Shown: positions 27,698 through 41,683 of the stretch, piece after piece
Position numbering within the stretch: the first letter of the stretch is position 1
How the letters are laid out: each line of letters opens with the position of its first letter
Assembly (NCBI RefSeq): GCF_006345805.1
Contig: NC_042998.1
Span: 115,754,001-115,818,000, forward strand
DNA length: 64,000 nucleotides
Source: Octopus sinensis
Lineage: Eukaryota
Direction: 5' to 3'
Program-made: the position numbers and the translations under genes
The notes under the pieces: model-generated
The model's input: only the letters and a program-made list of their open reading frames with translations
What the model was told of the DNA's origin: nothing
Database searches by the model: none

Positions 27698-28005
27698 ATG
27701 TGTATGTATATATATACAAAAAATTCAGGGTGAATACTTGATAACTGTAAGCACCTGTATATGCCAGTTAGTGGTGTAGATGATAGGGAATATTTATCAA
27801 AAGAAAAACGTGATGCAAAGGATTTAGCGGTACATATGTTTATAGATATATATGTAGATATATGTCGGGCTTCTTTCAGTTTCCGTCGACCAAGTTCACT
27901 CACAAGGCTTTGGTCGGTCCAAGTTTCTAGTAGAAGACACTTTCCCAAGGTGACACGCAGTGGGACTGAACCCGGAACCATCTAGATGGTAAGCCACCTA
28001 TGCGC
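27393..28005 (-). mobile_element. SINE family B with internal (TATC)n
   Basis: Tail at 27393-27590 and head at 27865-28005 (gggcttctttcagtttccgtc..cacgcagtgggactgaacccggaacca). Confidence 0.8.
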
Positions 28006-28493
28006 CTATATATATATTAGATATGGCTCTGCATGAACATTATTCTAAAGATAATTAAGAAAATCTATGTTGAACGCATTTTTAGACAGAAATCCAGGAT
28101 TTATGCAAGACAGAGATAAAATATGATATTCTCATAAGGTTCCACGCGTGATATGTGTGTTTATTTCGAAATCCCATCGTTCTCGTGTAAGTTTGTGTAT
28201 CTTCACCTGGATGGAGACAAGTCCCTAAACTTACATTTGGATCGCTTGAGCAATTGTGAAGGTCTCTTCATATGAACTTATCGGTTGCCTTGTTAACCAA
28301 GAAATAAGTAATATCTATCCACCAAAGCCATGTTGAGCACTCATCATCACTGTCCAAGTATTAGCGCGTGTGCGTGTATACCCACACACACACCACATAT
28401 ATAGTATATATTATATATATATATATATATACATATAGACGCACACAAACATATATATATATAAATACATACATACATATAATATATATAATA

Positions 28494-28531
<38 letters not shown>

Positions 28532-29203
28532 ATATATATACATATATATATATAGATATATATATATACATATGTATGTTTACACACACACATATGTTAT
28601 ATATGTACTTGCATTTTGTTTGTGAACCCTTAATAGTTCCATGACAAAAAAAAATGAAAAATGTGAAAAACGATTATTAATTTTTAAATGCGGGACTAAT
28701 CTGTGAATTTTGACCTTTACATTGTCAAAGGTAAGTATTAAATCGTATAAAACCCAAAAATGACTAAACCTTGCGACACATCAATTGACTACAAAAACAC
28801 TCTAACAACATTTTTGTGTAACATTTAAAAAAAAAAAAAGAATTTCGGTGACTTGCCACTGACACACCTAAATATACACACCTTTTTACAACTTTCTACA
28901 TGCATGAATAAATTCTGATCAATTTCATCAATATTCATCTCTCCACAACACCTCTGATCAGAACCTACCCTAAAGCCTAATTACAATTCAACATACATGA
29001 CCCTCCACATACATGAGAAAAAGTATGCCAACAAACACCAGATAAAACGAAGATTGCAATAGAAGTATCTCAGTTCGATGATGGCTTAGCTTGCTGAAAA
29101 TTGGAAGTCTCTGTAGTAAATCTTCAGACTAAAGTGAAATTGTTTTTATTTTAACTGAACATAAAATTACACCTTAATATGTGTGTGTGTTTGTGTACAC
29201 ACA

Positions 29204-29251
<48 letters not shown>

Positions 29252-30054
29252 CAGATGAAATATATACAGCAGATTTTGTATAGCGACTGAAGGAGGATAA
29301 AATGAAGTATAGCGTAAATTGGTCCATAGTAATGTACACGATACCATACAATTTAATTTCCAGGAGATGCCGTCTCTGCTACGAGGAATCCCTGTCTATT
29401 CTGTGGACTAACGAGATCATTAATAGAATTTCGGAACGACATTAGAGATGCCTACACGCATATTAATGTACTTTTGCACTGTGCAGTGAGAATGGATTTC
29501 GAGTAACCGTTAACATAATTTAATTTACTTTAAGGTATGGATGACTTAAGTTTACTTTTAATTTACCGATTCTTACAAACACGAAGTCGATAGCTAACTC
29601 GCTTTGTGGTCATGAGTGTACCAAACCTCACGTGTGCGTATGCTTGTATAAGCGTGTGTGTTTGCGCCATGCAGATTGTCCAAAAGCGTTTATACATCCA
29701 TATTTGTTAACGGTTATTTTTAATACTTTTCTCGCTGGACTACATGTTCGTTTCTCTTTTTGCCGTCTGTGATTTTATCTTTGATCTTCTATATAAATGA
29801 AGATATTTCCTCCGTCTGGCTGCTTGTCTTTCTACAAACGGGAAGGAAGAATTTACGTTACGGAACAGTTATTTTAACGAATTGTATTTATTTATCACCC
29901 GACGAGATACATCTGCAGCACTGGATGCTCCTGAACCAGTTATTGAATGTCCCACTCATGAGGAATCGATGCTAGATGTGTGGAAACAATAGTCGTGATT
30001 AATAATGAATTCTCGTATATTCCATCTTCCGTCTTTCATTTGCCATATATATAT

Positions 30055-30440
30055 ATATTCTTTTACTTGTTTCAGTCATTTGACTGCAGCCATGCTGGAG
30101 CACCGCCTTTAATCAAGCAACTCGACCCCGGGATTTATTCTTTTGTAAGCCAGTACTTATTATATCGGTCTCCTTTGCCGAACCGCTAAGTAACGGGGAC
30201 ATAAACACACCAGAATCGGTTGTCAAGCAATGCTAGGGGGACAAACACAGACACACAAACACACACACGCATATATATACATATATACAGCTTCTTTCAG
30301 CTTCCTTCTACCAAATCTACTCACAAGGCTTTGGTTAGCCCGAGGCTATAGTAGAAGACACTTGCTGAATGTGCAATGTATGACTGAAATCCGAATCATG
30401 TGGTTGGGAAGCAAGCTTCTTACCACATACTCACGCCTAT
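30055..30440 (-). mobile_element. SINE family B, near full length
   Basis: cttttacttgtttcagtcatttgactgcagccatgctggagcaccgcc..ccaaatctactcacaaggctttgg..catgtggttgggaagcaagcttcttaccac. Confidence 0.9.
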
Positions 30441-30914
30441 ATATGCAGGGGTGCAAATGTTTGTTTGTGTCTGTGCCTGTATTTGTCCTTTGCTTCGCTT
30501 CACAACCGGTCTTGGTTTATTTACGTTTAGGCAAGTTAGCGGTTCGGCAAAAGTTTCCAGTTGCATAGGTATTAGACTTAACAGTATCTACTCGATCAAT
30601 TTCTCCCACTATAAATCCAATCTTTCAAGGTGGTGCTCCCTTTAAGAAGAAGGTCACCTGCTTATTCATGAAAAGTTACACAAAACACGCATGTCTGCTG
30701 GAATTTACTTTAATTGAAAATGCGTATTATATAATTACAGTTCATTGAACCTGAATTTTTACCACGCTGCTTGATCTGGGATCTGCAGAAGTGCTCCTCT
30801 CTCATTCATCCGACACAATTCAATATTTGTATGTGTATGTGGGCGCGCGTGTATATATATATTCATATATATATGTGTATATATCTATATCTATATTCAT
30901 CTATATATTTATAC

Positions 30915-30949
<35 letters not shown>

Positions 30950-30982
30950 ATATATATATATATTATATATATATATTATATA

Positions 30983-31025
<43 letters not shown>

Positions 31026-31229
31026 ATATATAATATATGTATATATGTATATATATGTATATATATATATATATAATATATATATATATATTTATGCATA
31101 TACATACATACACATATGTATACATGCATATATATATATATATTACATGCATATATATATATATAGTGTGTGTGTAAAGGGTTACATTTTGTTGATTGGT
31201 TTTGAATGAAAGTATTGTTGTTATGTAAA

Positions 31230-31640
31230 TCACAGAAGAGAAGTATTTTATTATGATTTTCGAATTGGGAAATCATAAGAATTGCTTTAGCGAACGCTGA
31301 CGAAATTGAATAAATATTGCTGGAAGTAAAAATAAATAAAAAATTAATAAAAGTGAAAGGTTTAGAATAACGAGTAGGATTTTAGTACTTCCGATAGATG
31401 AATGGAAACGTGTACTACTAAGACAAACAGAAAAATAATAACGGTCCAAATATTCCAAAGAAATAGTTATTTTGGTTATATATACTTCAGAATTGTTTTT
31501 CCTTGCTGTCTGATCGACTCTACCTCCTTAAATATCGATGGGATATGTATTTGGTATTGACTGAACGAGTAATGGTAAATTGACGGTAGACGATCGGATA
31601 AAAATCGTTCTATATTATTTACTTTTACTTTCAATGATTA
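31230..31640 (+). repeat. Unclassified ~400-bp dispersed repeat, copy 2
   Basis: Collinear with 20862-21265. Confidence 0.75.
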
Positions 31641-31719
31641 TGTGTGTATATATATACATACATACACACACACACACATACATATATGTATATATATATA
31701 TATATATATTTATATAAAT

Positions 31720-31761
<42 letters not shown>

Positions 31762-31770
31762 ATATATATC

Positions 31771-31815
<45 letters not shown>

Positions 31816-31954
31816 ATATAATGTATATGTGGGCGCGTGTGTGTATGTGTGCAGACGCGCGCGTGAATATATATATATATATATACATACATGTATATAT
31901 ATATTATATATACATACACATGTATATATATATATATTCATATATATATATATA

Positions 31955-32346
31955 TCTTTATATATAAAAGTGAAGTTGTGTGTATGTCTCCTACGATTTA
32001 GATTCCTAACTTCTCCCACATTTTGCGGTGCGGTGTAACCAAAAGCGGGTATCTTGTAGTCGTGATTCATATTGAGCCCTTCTGGGTATTAGCGCGCGTC
32101 TACAATGAGTCTACGATTTAAAAAAAAAATTACCATCATTTTTTCCTATTTTTAATGCATTTTTTGCTATTATATAACGGAAATAACTCTCTAAAAATGT
32201 ATTATTTAATCTCTGAACGTAAAAAGCTACAGTAACACCCCATTTGTGGTTAGCCATATTGAGATGGCTATTATACTTTACATCTCTAAAAATGCTTATA
32301 TAGTTATTTCCCTTACAACCCGAGCAACGCCGGGCGATACTGCTAA
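31955..32346 (+). mobile_element. Non-autonomous Helitron
   Basis: 5' TC, subterminal GC hairpin cccgagcaacgccggg, 3' CTAA, inserted in an AT run with no TSD. Homologous to 34101-34723. Confidence 0.8.
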
Positions 32347-32804
32347 TATATATATATATATATACCACTATTATTATTATATTGTTATTATTATTATTAT
32401 TATATGTGTGTGTGCGCGGGCGCGTGCATATGTATTCTTGTTTTCATACTCACACATTCAGAAGATCTGATTTTCAGGTAGACTAGTTCTATGCAACTTC
32501 GTGCAAATTGGAACCGTATAAAATGAAATACGCTTTTAATGATATTCACTGATTATAAAAAATCAAGCAAAAACAATTCAAAAAATTACTTATAGGAATA
32601 CGTACAATGAATATATTTATCTTATGTACATATACATATTTACATGTGTATGTATGGGTTTATACGTATATATATTTCTGTGTATTTGTATACCTGTATG
32701 TACATATGCATGTACATATACACATGCTGGTAGTCTCTCATAGTCCAGTAAAGATGATTCTGCAATTTTTTGCAGAACATCCTGAGCACATGATATGTTT
32801 ATAG

Positions 32805-33004
32805 TGATCAAATGCAGATGCTCACAACCTGCATCAAATCGATGTTGCCTGAACAAGTGCACTGTGTGCCACACATCAGGTATCGAAGTGATCGTAGAGC
32901 AGCATGCGATGAATATTTATTGCTCAACTACACAAGGCACCTCCCGGTCCAGGAATTGAACCCAGGATGTCACGATCGTGAGATCAACAACCTGTTAGGC
33001 CATG

Positions 33005-33006
<2 letters not shown>
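32805..33006 (-). mobile_element. SINE family C
   Basis: Reverse complement aligns with 54792-55000 (gcatggc..ctcacgatcgtg..gttcaattcctggaccggg..ttgagcaa..cttcgatacctgatg). Confidence 0.65.
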
Positions 33007-33067
<61 letters not shown>

Positions 33068-33680
33068 ATACATATACACTAACACTTATATAAAAATATT
33101 CTTTTTTATTCTTTTAATTGTTTCAGTTGTTTGACTGTGGCCATTCTGCAGCACCGTCTTTTAGCCGAAAATTCGACCCCAAGAATTAATCCTTGTAAGC
33201 CTGGTACTTATTCTACCAGTATACACAACAACATCATTTGTCAGGAAATGGTGGCAGGACAAACACAGGCACAAAGACACACACATCAATGTATACATAT
33301 ATTAAAAATCAGGGTACATTATGCACCTGTTTGCTAGAAAGAAGAGTTAAAACTCTCCAAAACCAAGCGTCTCTCACTATATGTACCCTGACATTTAATA
33401 TATATTTTGCCTATTTGGATTGTGCTTGTTGGCCAATTTATCATTTTTTTTAAAGATAATGATAACCTATTAGAATTTTGAATTTATAGTTGCTCGCTAA
33501 TGTTCGTCTTGGAAGTCGTGGGGCTTTCAGCTGAACAGAAGCGCACGAATTGATAAATATATTTTTAAAAAATATTTTACGTAATGAGCATGGCTAATGT
33601 GCTTTAAGTGTCAATTCGGCACAGAAAGCGAAATCAACTGACAACTACCCTCCTCTTTGTAGGTTTACAAATAAGGACAG

Positions 33681-33758
<78 letters not shown>

Positions 33759-33957
33759 TTGCTACTTTCTCCGTGCATATTTACATATAGTGAGGGATGC
33801 GTGACTTTGGAGAGCTTTGAATCTTTTTTCTACAAAACAGTTACATATTGTACTCTGACTTTTAATACATATTTTGCCTATTTGGTTTGCTACCTGGCGA
33901 TTTTATTATTATTTTTTTTAAAGATAATACTAACTTATTTTGATTTTAAATATATAC

Positions 33958-34100
33958 AAGAGTGGCTGTGTGGTAAGAAGCTTGCTTCCCAGCCACATGG
34001 TTTGAGATTCAGTCCTACAGGGCACCTTGGACAAGTGTCTTTTATAACTTCAGGCTGACTAAAGCCTTGTAAGTGGATTTGGTAAACTGAAACGGAACAA
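33958..34100 (+). mobile_element. SINE family B head, truncated at the Helitron junction
   Basis: agtggctgtgtggtaagaagcttgcttccc..caccttggacaagtgtct..aaagccttgtaagtggatttggta. Confidence 0.8.
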
Positions 34101-34723
34101 GCTCGGGTTTGTAAGGGAAATAACTATATAAGCATTTTTAGAGAGTTACTTCCCTTATAAATTCGGGCTTTCTTAGCCATTTTTGTTTTGGTGTCTTCAA
34201 GCCATGAAGTCGTTGTTTTAAAAGAACGCTGGTTTCCTTCACAACGCATTACGACGTTGATTTCTTTACACTCCCTTCCCCACAGCTTCACGAGGGAGGG
34301 AAGGGGGAGAAGCAAACAGGTGCAGCTGTGAGCGTGGACGCCAACTCCGCCGCCATCGACATACGATGCATTTTATGCATTAAAATGGAATAAAAAATGA
34401 TGTTAAATTATTTTTAAAATCGTAGACTCATCGTTGACGCGCGCTAATAGTCAGACGGGCTCGATATGAATCACGACTATAAGATACCCGAATTTGGTTA
34501 AACTGCACCGCAAAATGTGGGAGGAGTTAGGAATCTAAATCGAAGGGGACAGACACTCACACAACTAGAGTTTTATATATATATATATATGATATACTAG
34601 CAGTATCGCCCGGCGTTGCTCGGGTTTGTAAGGGAAATAACTATATAAGCATTTTTAGAGAGTTACTTCCCTTATAAATTCGGGCTTTCTTAGCCATTTT
34701 TGTTTTGGTGTCTTCAAGCCATG
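34101..34723 (-). mobile_element. Head-to-tail partial dimer of the same non-autonomous Helitron family
   Basis: 34101-34205 is identical to 34618-34723. The internal junction on the minus strand reads cccgagcaacgccggg-cgatactg-CTAG (34600-34597)-tata-TC (34592-34591). Confidence 0.85.
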
Positions 34724-35367
34724 GAAAATATTAGATAAATCTAAAAGTTTCTATAATGTTACTTGCGCATCTATGATGTCTGTTTTAAAGTTACTGAATA
34801 TCTAGCTCTGATGGTTTTATTCATTTCTTTTACTTGCTATGACAGCTACTTTCAATTTTCCTAAACCGCTCTTGAGTTTCTGTTTTACTCGTTTCTATTC
34901 TGAAGTTGCTTTCAAATATTATTTTTCATTTCCATAGAAATCGACTTTCTCGACTTTTGATAGTGGATTTATTTAATATCAAAAATATTTAATGATATAT
35001 ATATATATAAAAAAAGAATGGTAAGTCTTAGTTAAGCTCCAGTTTGGATTGTTGTCTACCTCACTATCGAAAAAGAGAAATGAAAGTAAAAGCAAATTAA
35101 AATGTAAAACTGAAACATGAAGTAGTGCTTTTGAATTTATAATTAAAGTAAACACAAGCAAACATATACATTTTTAGCATGTTGCATCGACTGGTTCGAG
35201 TAGTATTACAAAGGCTCGGTTTCTTTTTAAAGAAACCTCATATTGGTTGTTCAACAAGAAAATGTAGTACCGTCTTTCTAGGACTACAAAACACTACCAT
35301 CATATTTATATGTACATGCATGTGTACATACAGGCATAGAAACACGCAGGAACATGCATGTTTATAA

Positions 35368-35398
<31 letters not shown>

Positions 35399-36358
35399 CC
35401 TATATAAGGGAACAATAAAGTACAAACTGGAAAAAAATGTCTGAAAAGGAAAGATTTAGAATAAGTGAAAGCGTCAGAAAACTTTTCAAGCATTCAAAAT
35501 TCCCCGGTTCTCCAGAAATATATATTAATAGCCTTGAGAGATCTTTTTGTCTATGCATGAAAGCACACATAAATCGTGGTAGATGACAATCGTCGTAATT
35601 GGTGCCTGAATTCCCATATTACGTGATTTAATTCTTCTGGAAATGCTCAGTGGGAAGTGTCCGATCACCAATTCCATTCAAATCTTGCTGCAACGATATG
35701 TAGAATATCTTTTCAGATATTGCTGTTGCTAGCAGGTTTATTAAACAGTAATTATTTCGACGGTTGAAAAGGAAATCCCGTGCTATGGGAATTCCGTTGC
35801 CCATGTACATGAATTCCCTTATGTATGTGCTTTTATGAACCAAGCCCCTATATAAGAGGATCTTTCAAGGCTAATAAAGCAATATTCGGCGTGCTAACAA
35901 GATATCCATAATAAGATATATATAAACATTAAATTTTGGTGATAAAACTGTTTCTGTCACAAATAATTCATTTTTAATAAACCTGCAGGGTACTTGCGTC
36001 ATCAGTGTCTAAAAAGATTCTTGACTAGCACGCAGTGACCGAACTCTTCTCGTTGATTATTTCCAGGAGAATGACATCACGTGAGATTGGAATTCCGTTG
36101 CCAAAGACTGACGTTACTCATCTGCTACGATCTATTATGCGCGTGTTTTTATGCGTTAAGCGCCTATATGACAACATCTATCAAGGCTAATAACACTCTG
36201 CTCATTGTTCTAGCATGACACCCATTCTAAGTCGGATGTAAAGATTACCTCTTGGTATTTATAGTCTATAGTAGAAGACACTTGCCCAATATATATATAT
36301 ATTATATATATATATATAATATAATATATATATATATATAATATATATATATATATAG

Positions 36359-36399
<41 letters not shown>

Positions 36400-36469
36400 A
36401 TATATATATATAGTTGAAATGTACAGAAAACAAATGGGAATTAAAACGATCGATAGGAGCTGGATCAAA

Positions 36470-37370
36470 AAATAGACGATGTCTGCTTCAGTCATTACAG
36501 ATTCGTCCACCACTCTTTCCCTATAGCCACCAGAGAAGAAAGCTACTCGCCCTTCCCGGTCAAAGGATAGTGGAGGGACGATCTTCACAATGAATTCGAC
36601 CAATAAATTGGAAAGGCGAGCCTGATAAACAGCGACCACATCCGATAACCGTCAAGGAAGCGCTGGGTATGTCGTAGCCTTAGTGCACGTCTACGCACCA
36701 GTAGGCACACTATGCCCAACCCTCCATGCAGCCAATGTTCATAGTTAATGAATCGATTAACCAGTGCTATCATCTCGATGTATGAGGTATCCGACGCCAT
36801 AAAGATGACGTCATCTGCATATGCTGACACAGACCTTCCAAATGCTATTTCATTGTGGATAGCCCTCGAAACCTCTAGCTTTGACAGTAGTGGGTCGTAT
36901 GCTAACTCGTACAGGAGAGGATAGCCTTAACTGACCTAACGAATGATAACTGAACGGTTCTGATAGCTGGCAATTTATTCTGACCAGCGAACAGATGTCG
37001 CTCCATATTGCAGCGATCACTCCTGTTGAAGAGGTGATCGAAATAAGCCGTTCTGTGAAGAACTGCTATGTATTGAAAGTGAGCCCTATCGAAAATTTTC
37101 CACTGACATAATTTCATCTGTCATTCCTTTTATGAGAGGGTCTTTATTCACACTTTCAATAATGTGCCATGTTAAGTGGATGTTGTCGTGGATAGATCTG
37201 TTTGGTATGGTCATACCTGTGCCTCACCTACCGGAATATCGACGACAAACACGAACGTCTTGGCTAACAACTTCACTATGATCTTCAACATTGCATTCAA
37301 CAGAGTTAGGAGACTGAAGTGTCAAAGCATTTCGCTTACTCTAGTCCTTTCCCAGCAGCACCGCTACACA
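36470..37370 (-). mobile_element. Decayed L1/Tx1-clade LINE RT fragment
   Basis: TLLNAMLKI..LLAK..VGEAQ; KIFDR; RSV(RQG); VSAYADDV; HGGLG..RRRALRLRH, with internal deletions. Confidence 0.8.
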
Positions 37371-37549
37371 TCGTTGTCAGTTCTGATACATTAAAAAATA
37401 CGAAAAGTAGAACATGCTAAATTTCGTTTGCTAGAATGAAATTAAACAATACCCAATAAAAATGCGAACAATCTCAATAATGATTGCAGCTTCAAACCTA
37501 AAATTCCGCAAAAGAAGGAAAGGGCTTTATAAAGTATTTACCTAACATG

Positions 37550-37770
37550 AGCCGCTACTCAACACTTGTCAAATTAATATATGCAAGCTTCCAGTGGCAT
37601 TCACCCAGATGAATGGGCATTAGAGTGTATGAGCTTCTAAAGACCTTCTTATCAGCATTACTATTAAAGCAAACAGTGTTAGCCAATGCCGCTAACCTTG
37701 CATTGAATTAACTTCTAATTCTTTGAAAATATGCTGCATCCAACATCGGTAAAAATTTCTTCTGGCAATC
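37550..37770 (-). pseudogene. Possible decayed Ulp1/SENP (peptidase C48)-like fragment
   Basis: MLDAAYFQRIRS*..KVFRSSYTLMPIHLGECHWKLAYINL resembles the P-I-H-x(3,4)-H-W-x-L catalytic His motif. In-frame stops are present. Confidence 0.35.
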
Positions 37771-38595
37771 TTCAGTTTAATAACACTTGCATATAACTGA
37801 AATGGAGAATTATTTCTCAAGCGTTACATTTGTTTCAACAAGTTTATTTTACACTTCATTTGTGATCTGTGTAAATTATTTTTTAATCGCTGTATTCTTA
37901 CACAACCAAAGAGAAACAATGCTTTCTTGTCTGCCTGAGCGTTACAAAGTACTCCGTTATTTCTAATAGTTTATCACACCCAACGACTGACAATTGTCAG
38001 TAAAACTTATTCATACATAAAGCATCAGTGCAGGCAAGATTTTAGTTTTTTCAGGCTACGCTTAACTAATTGGTTTTCTCAAACATACCGTCATCGAAAT
38101 GCTTTAACAAACGACATTTCTTTAATATTTTATAATCGATTGTCTTCAATAAAACTCTGTGTTTCATGGCTGATAAACTGCTTTTGTTCCTCTTACCTTT
38201 TTCTTATACTTTTCTCTTTCTTTTCCCCTCATACCTTCTCTTTTCCTCTCTCTGTAAGTCGATTGTCAAACGAAATGTTTCAAATTATCTTTGAGCTATG
38301 CTTCCTCCTAAGTGCATATATATTTGAAAATTAACATTTAACCAACGAGAATCTCACAACATACTACGACTTCACCGGAACTGATTTTTTGGTACACGCT
38401 AGTTCTCTAATATAACTAAAACAATCGCGTTTCTCTTCACATCTAAAATTCACCCATTTTACAGTTTTTTTCTTTCTTGTCATTATTTTACGCTCCCCTC
38501 TGTCTCTCTCTCCTACACGTACATTTGATGTCTATAAACCTCTTTCTCTCCTTTCTCAACTTTTAGTTCACGCATGTAATATTTCCAAAGCATTA

Positions 38596-38755
38596 AGGCG
38601 GCGAGCTGGCATGATCATTCATTACTGCACCAGACAAAATGTTTAGCAGCATTTTTTTATGTCCTCACGTTTTGAGTTCAAATGCCCACCGGGGCAGACT
38701 TTATCTTTCACTTTTTTGGATGAAATTGCTGGCCTTGTGCCAAAATTTGAAACCA
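38596..38755 (+). mobile_element. SINE family A, internally deleted
   Basis: aggcggcgagctggc..tgagttcaaat..aaattgctggccttgtgccaaaatttgaaacc. Confidence 0.7.
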
Positions 38756-38819
38756 TATTTCCTAAATATTCTTAATCTGAATATTCGAGAGATGAAACTG
38801 TTATAATTATGATTCAGCG

Positions 38820-38976
38820 TGGCCCTTTGAAATATAGATACTACTTATTTTGCCAGCAGGACTGGAGTTACGTAAATTAAAGCGTCTTGCTCAAATACAC
38901 AATACCTCGACTGGAATTGAACTCACAACCTTATGATCGGAAGGCGAAAACCCTAACCACTAAGCCATGTGCCTTC
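38820..38976 (-). mobile_element. SINE family C-related copy
   Basis: Reverse complement: aaggcacatggcttagtggttagggt..gtgagttcaattcc..tttgagcaagacgct (A- and B-boxes). Confidence 0.7.
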
Positions 38977-41233
38977 ACTTGTATTATTCTAATCACATTG
39001 TGAAGGTATTTGCATTCCTTATAGGCTGTATTCCTGGAATATCATACATGAAAGTTTATTCTTTCATTTTTAAAAATTTCTGAATTCCGATAAAGACGTT
39101 ACTGATTCTCTCATTGTTTAGTCAAGGAGAAAGTGATGTGCCCTTTATGGTCTTCATGGTCTCAGAGATTAGGGAGAAGGAGGAAGGAAATTATTTTTAA
39201 CCTGGAACCTGGCCCAAATACTTGCAGTAAAATCGTCACCTCTACCAAATGGGCCAACGACCAAGATAACGATGTTAAAGCAGGTGATGGAATAAATCTA
39301 CATCATAGATAAGCCACGATGAGATTTGAAATCACGACACAAAGAGCCGCTTCAATAACTGCTGTGCATTCCGTCTAACGCTCTTAAAGCTACGGCAGTT
39401 AACATCCCAAAATTGCTATTTTATTTTGTCGACCGCGAAAGGACGAAAGAAAACGTTTTGAGATTAGGACGCAAAATGTTCCAAAGCATTGCATCCAATG
39501 CTCTAACGACTCTAGCAACTTACATCTTATGAACACATTTCCTTATCTCTTATCTAGATTATTAAATTTCACTGTGTCTATTAGTATTAAATTTTACAGT
39601 GTAACATTTTACTAGTTATTGCTCCACGAACCCTTTCTCTTGAGACTATATTCCTTCGAATCTGGCGTACCTCAGTTCTTGTTTGGGCCATTAAACACAC
39701 TTCTCCCTGTACATGAACGGTTTGTGTGGTGTTCACTCTCACAACTCAAAGTGTTGATCTAAGAATAACAATCTTAACATCCTGCAAACAATCATCTTTA
39801 ATATAGAAACTTCGATACCTTACTTTCATCTCGTATTGTTCATGTATTACTTTAATCTAGTATTGTCTCATGAACAGGACAATACAATACATGTATTACT
39901 TTAATACATATACTACTTATTATATGTATTACTGTAATCTTGTATTGTCCTGTGAGCGGTCAATTCGAAAGCATACGTGTAACTTCACAAACTTTATACC
40001 GTGAACTGTAACTTCATTTAAGAATAAAAATAATTTCTTATTTCATCTACCTACTTCTCGCGTATCATGCAATTAAAACCTCAAAATCACAATAAATCTT
40101 AAGTCTCACAGCAACTAGTAATGATCACATCCTAAAAACATTCAAAATCTGCATAATAATGACTTAGGTTTCCTGTTCAGAGCCAGAAAATATTTCAGCA
40201 TTGAACAACTTATTTTTCGAACCCAAACAAATATTTGCTTAGAGACGTAAATTTCAAAGAATCGTTTTGACTAAAAAGCCTACTCTTTAATTTCTTAGTG
40301 AAACTGATATTTGATAGACAGAAAATATACGTGACCCTGTCGTAGATGTATGTATGCATTTGTGTATTTATGTGGCTACATAAGTATGCACGTATGTAGG
40401 TAGTCATGTATGTATATATGTATATATAAGTACAGACACAAACATACGAGCATACACACATATACACACACATACATATACGTACATACATACATACGTG
40501 TGTGTATCTGTCAGTTTGTATATTGAAATATGCTGGTGATTATCCGTGTGTGTATGCGTGTATGTTTACTTGCGTATATTATAGGTCAAAAGGCGTCAAA
40601 TTACGTTCGTTTACTTACTAAACAACTAACAAACAAATATATATATAAAATCTTGCCACATGATAAATATAGAAGGGTAAAACAGCGATCAAACTGTAAT
40701 TAGTACTTGGGTCGTTGCAATCGGCTTCATACCATGGAAGGCAGTATTGTAACATAGCCTTAGTCCGATGGCAGAAACTGTCAAAAGAAAAGAAGGAAAA
40801 ACAAACGAAACAAATATTCGAAGCACATACACATGAAAATCTGTATAAACACATACACACGCAAAACACCCAGCTGTTAAAATAGACCTACACGTTTACG
40901 TACGCAAAGAACTGTCTAAGACGTCGCTTTCACACACACGCAAACACACTCACGCACTGAAACACATAAACGTATGCACGTGCGCATAAAAAAATACATC
41001 GCTAAGCCCGTAGATTAATGTGTCTACATTGCCATCCTTATGAGTCTCTCTATGTTCTATTCACAATTCACACACACGCACGTGCACCCTAATACTTACA
41101 TGTAGCAAGTGTGTGTGTGAGTGTGTGTAATATACATACAGACACACACACGTGTGTATATAAATATATATATGCGTATGTATCATACACACATACTAAC
41201 ATAGTACACTCCAGGGTGTAAGAAAAGAGGAAC

Positions 41234-41269
<36 letters not shown>

Positions 41270-41448
41270 TCTACATGGGAATATACAGAAGGAAAATACA
41301 AAGTAAAAACTTCAAACATTTCTCAAAAGTAAACGAAAATTCCCAAATAAAATGAGATCAAAGTGGAACAAACGTGGATACAAACTAGAATAACGTATAA
41401 AAATAAAAAGGAAAAAGCAATCTTATATATATATATATTATATATATA

Positions 41449-41519
<71 letters not shown>

Positions 41520-41522
41520 TAT

Positions 41523-41565
<43 letters not shown>

Positions 41566-41643
41566 TATAACATATATATATAAAACATGTATGTATATAT
41601 ATATATATATACACATATAACATATATATATAAAACATGTATG

Positions 41644-41683
<40 letters not shown>

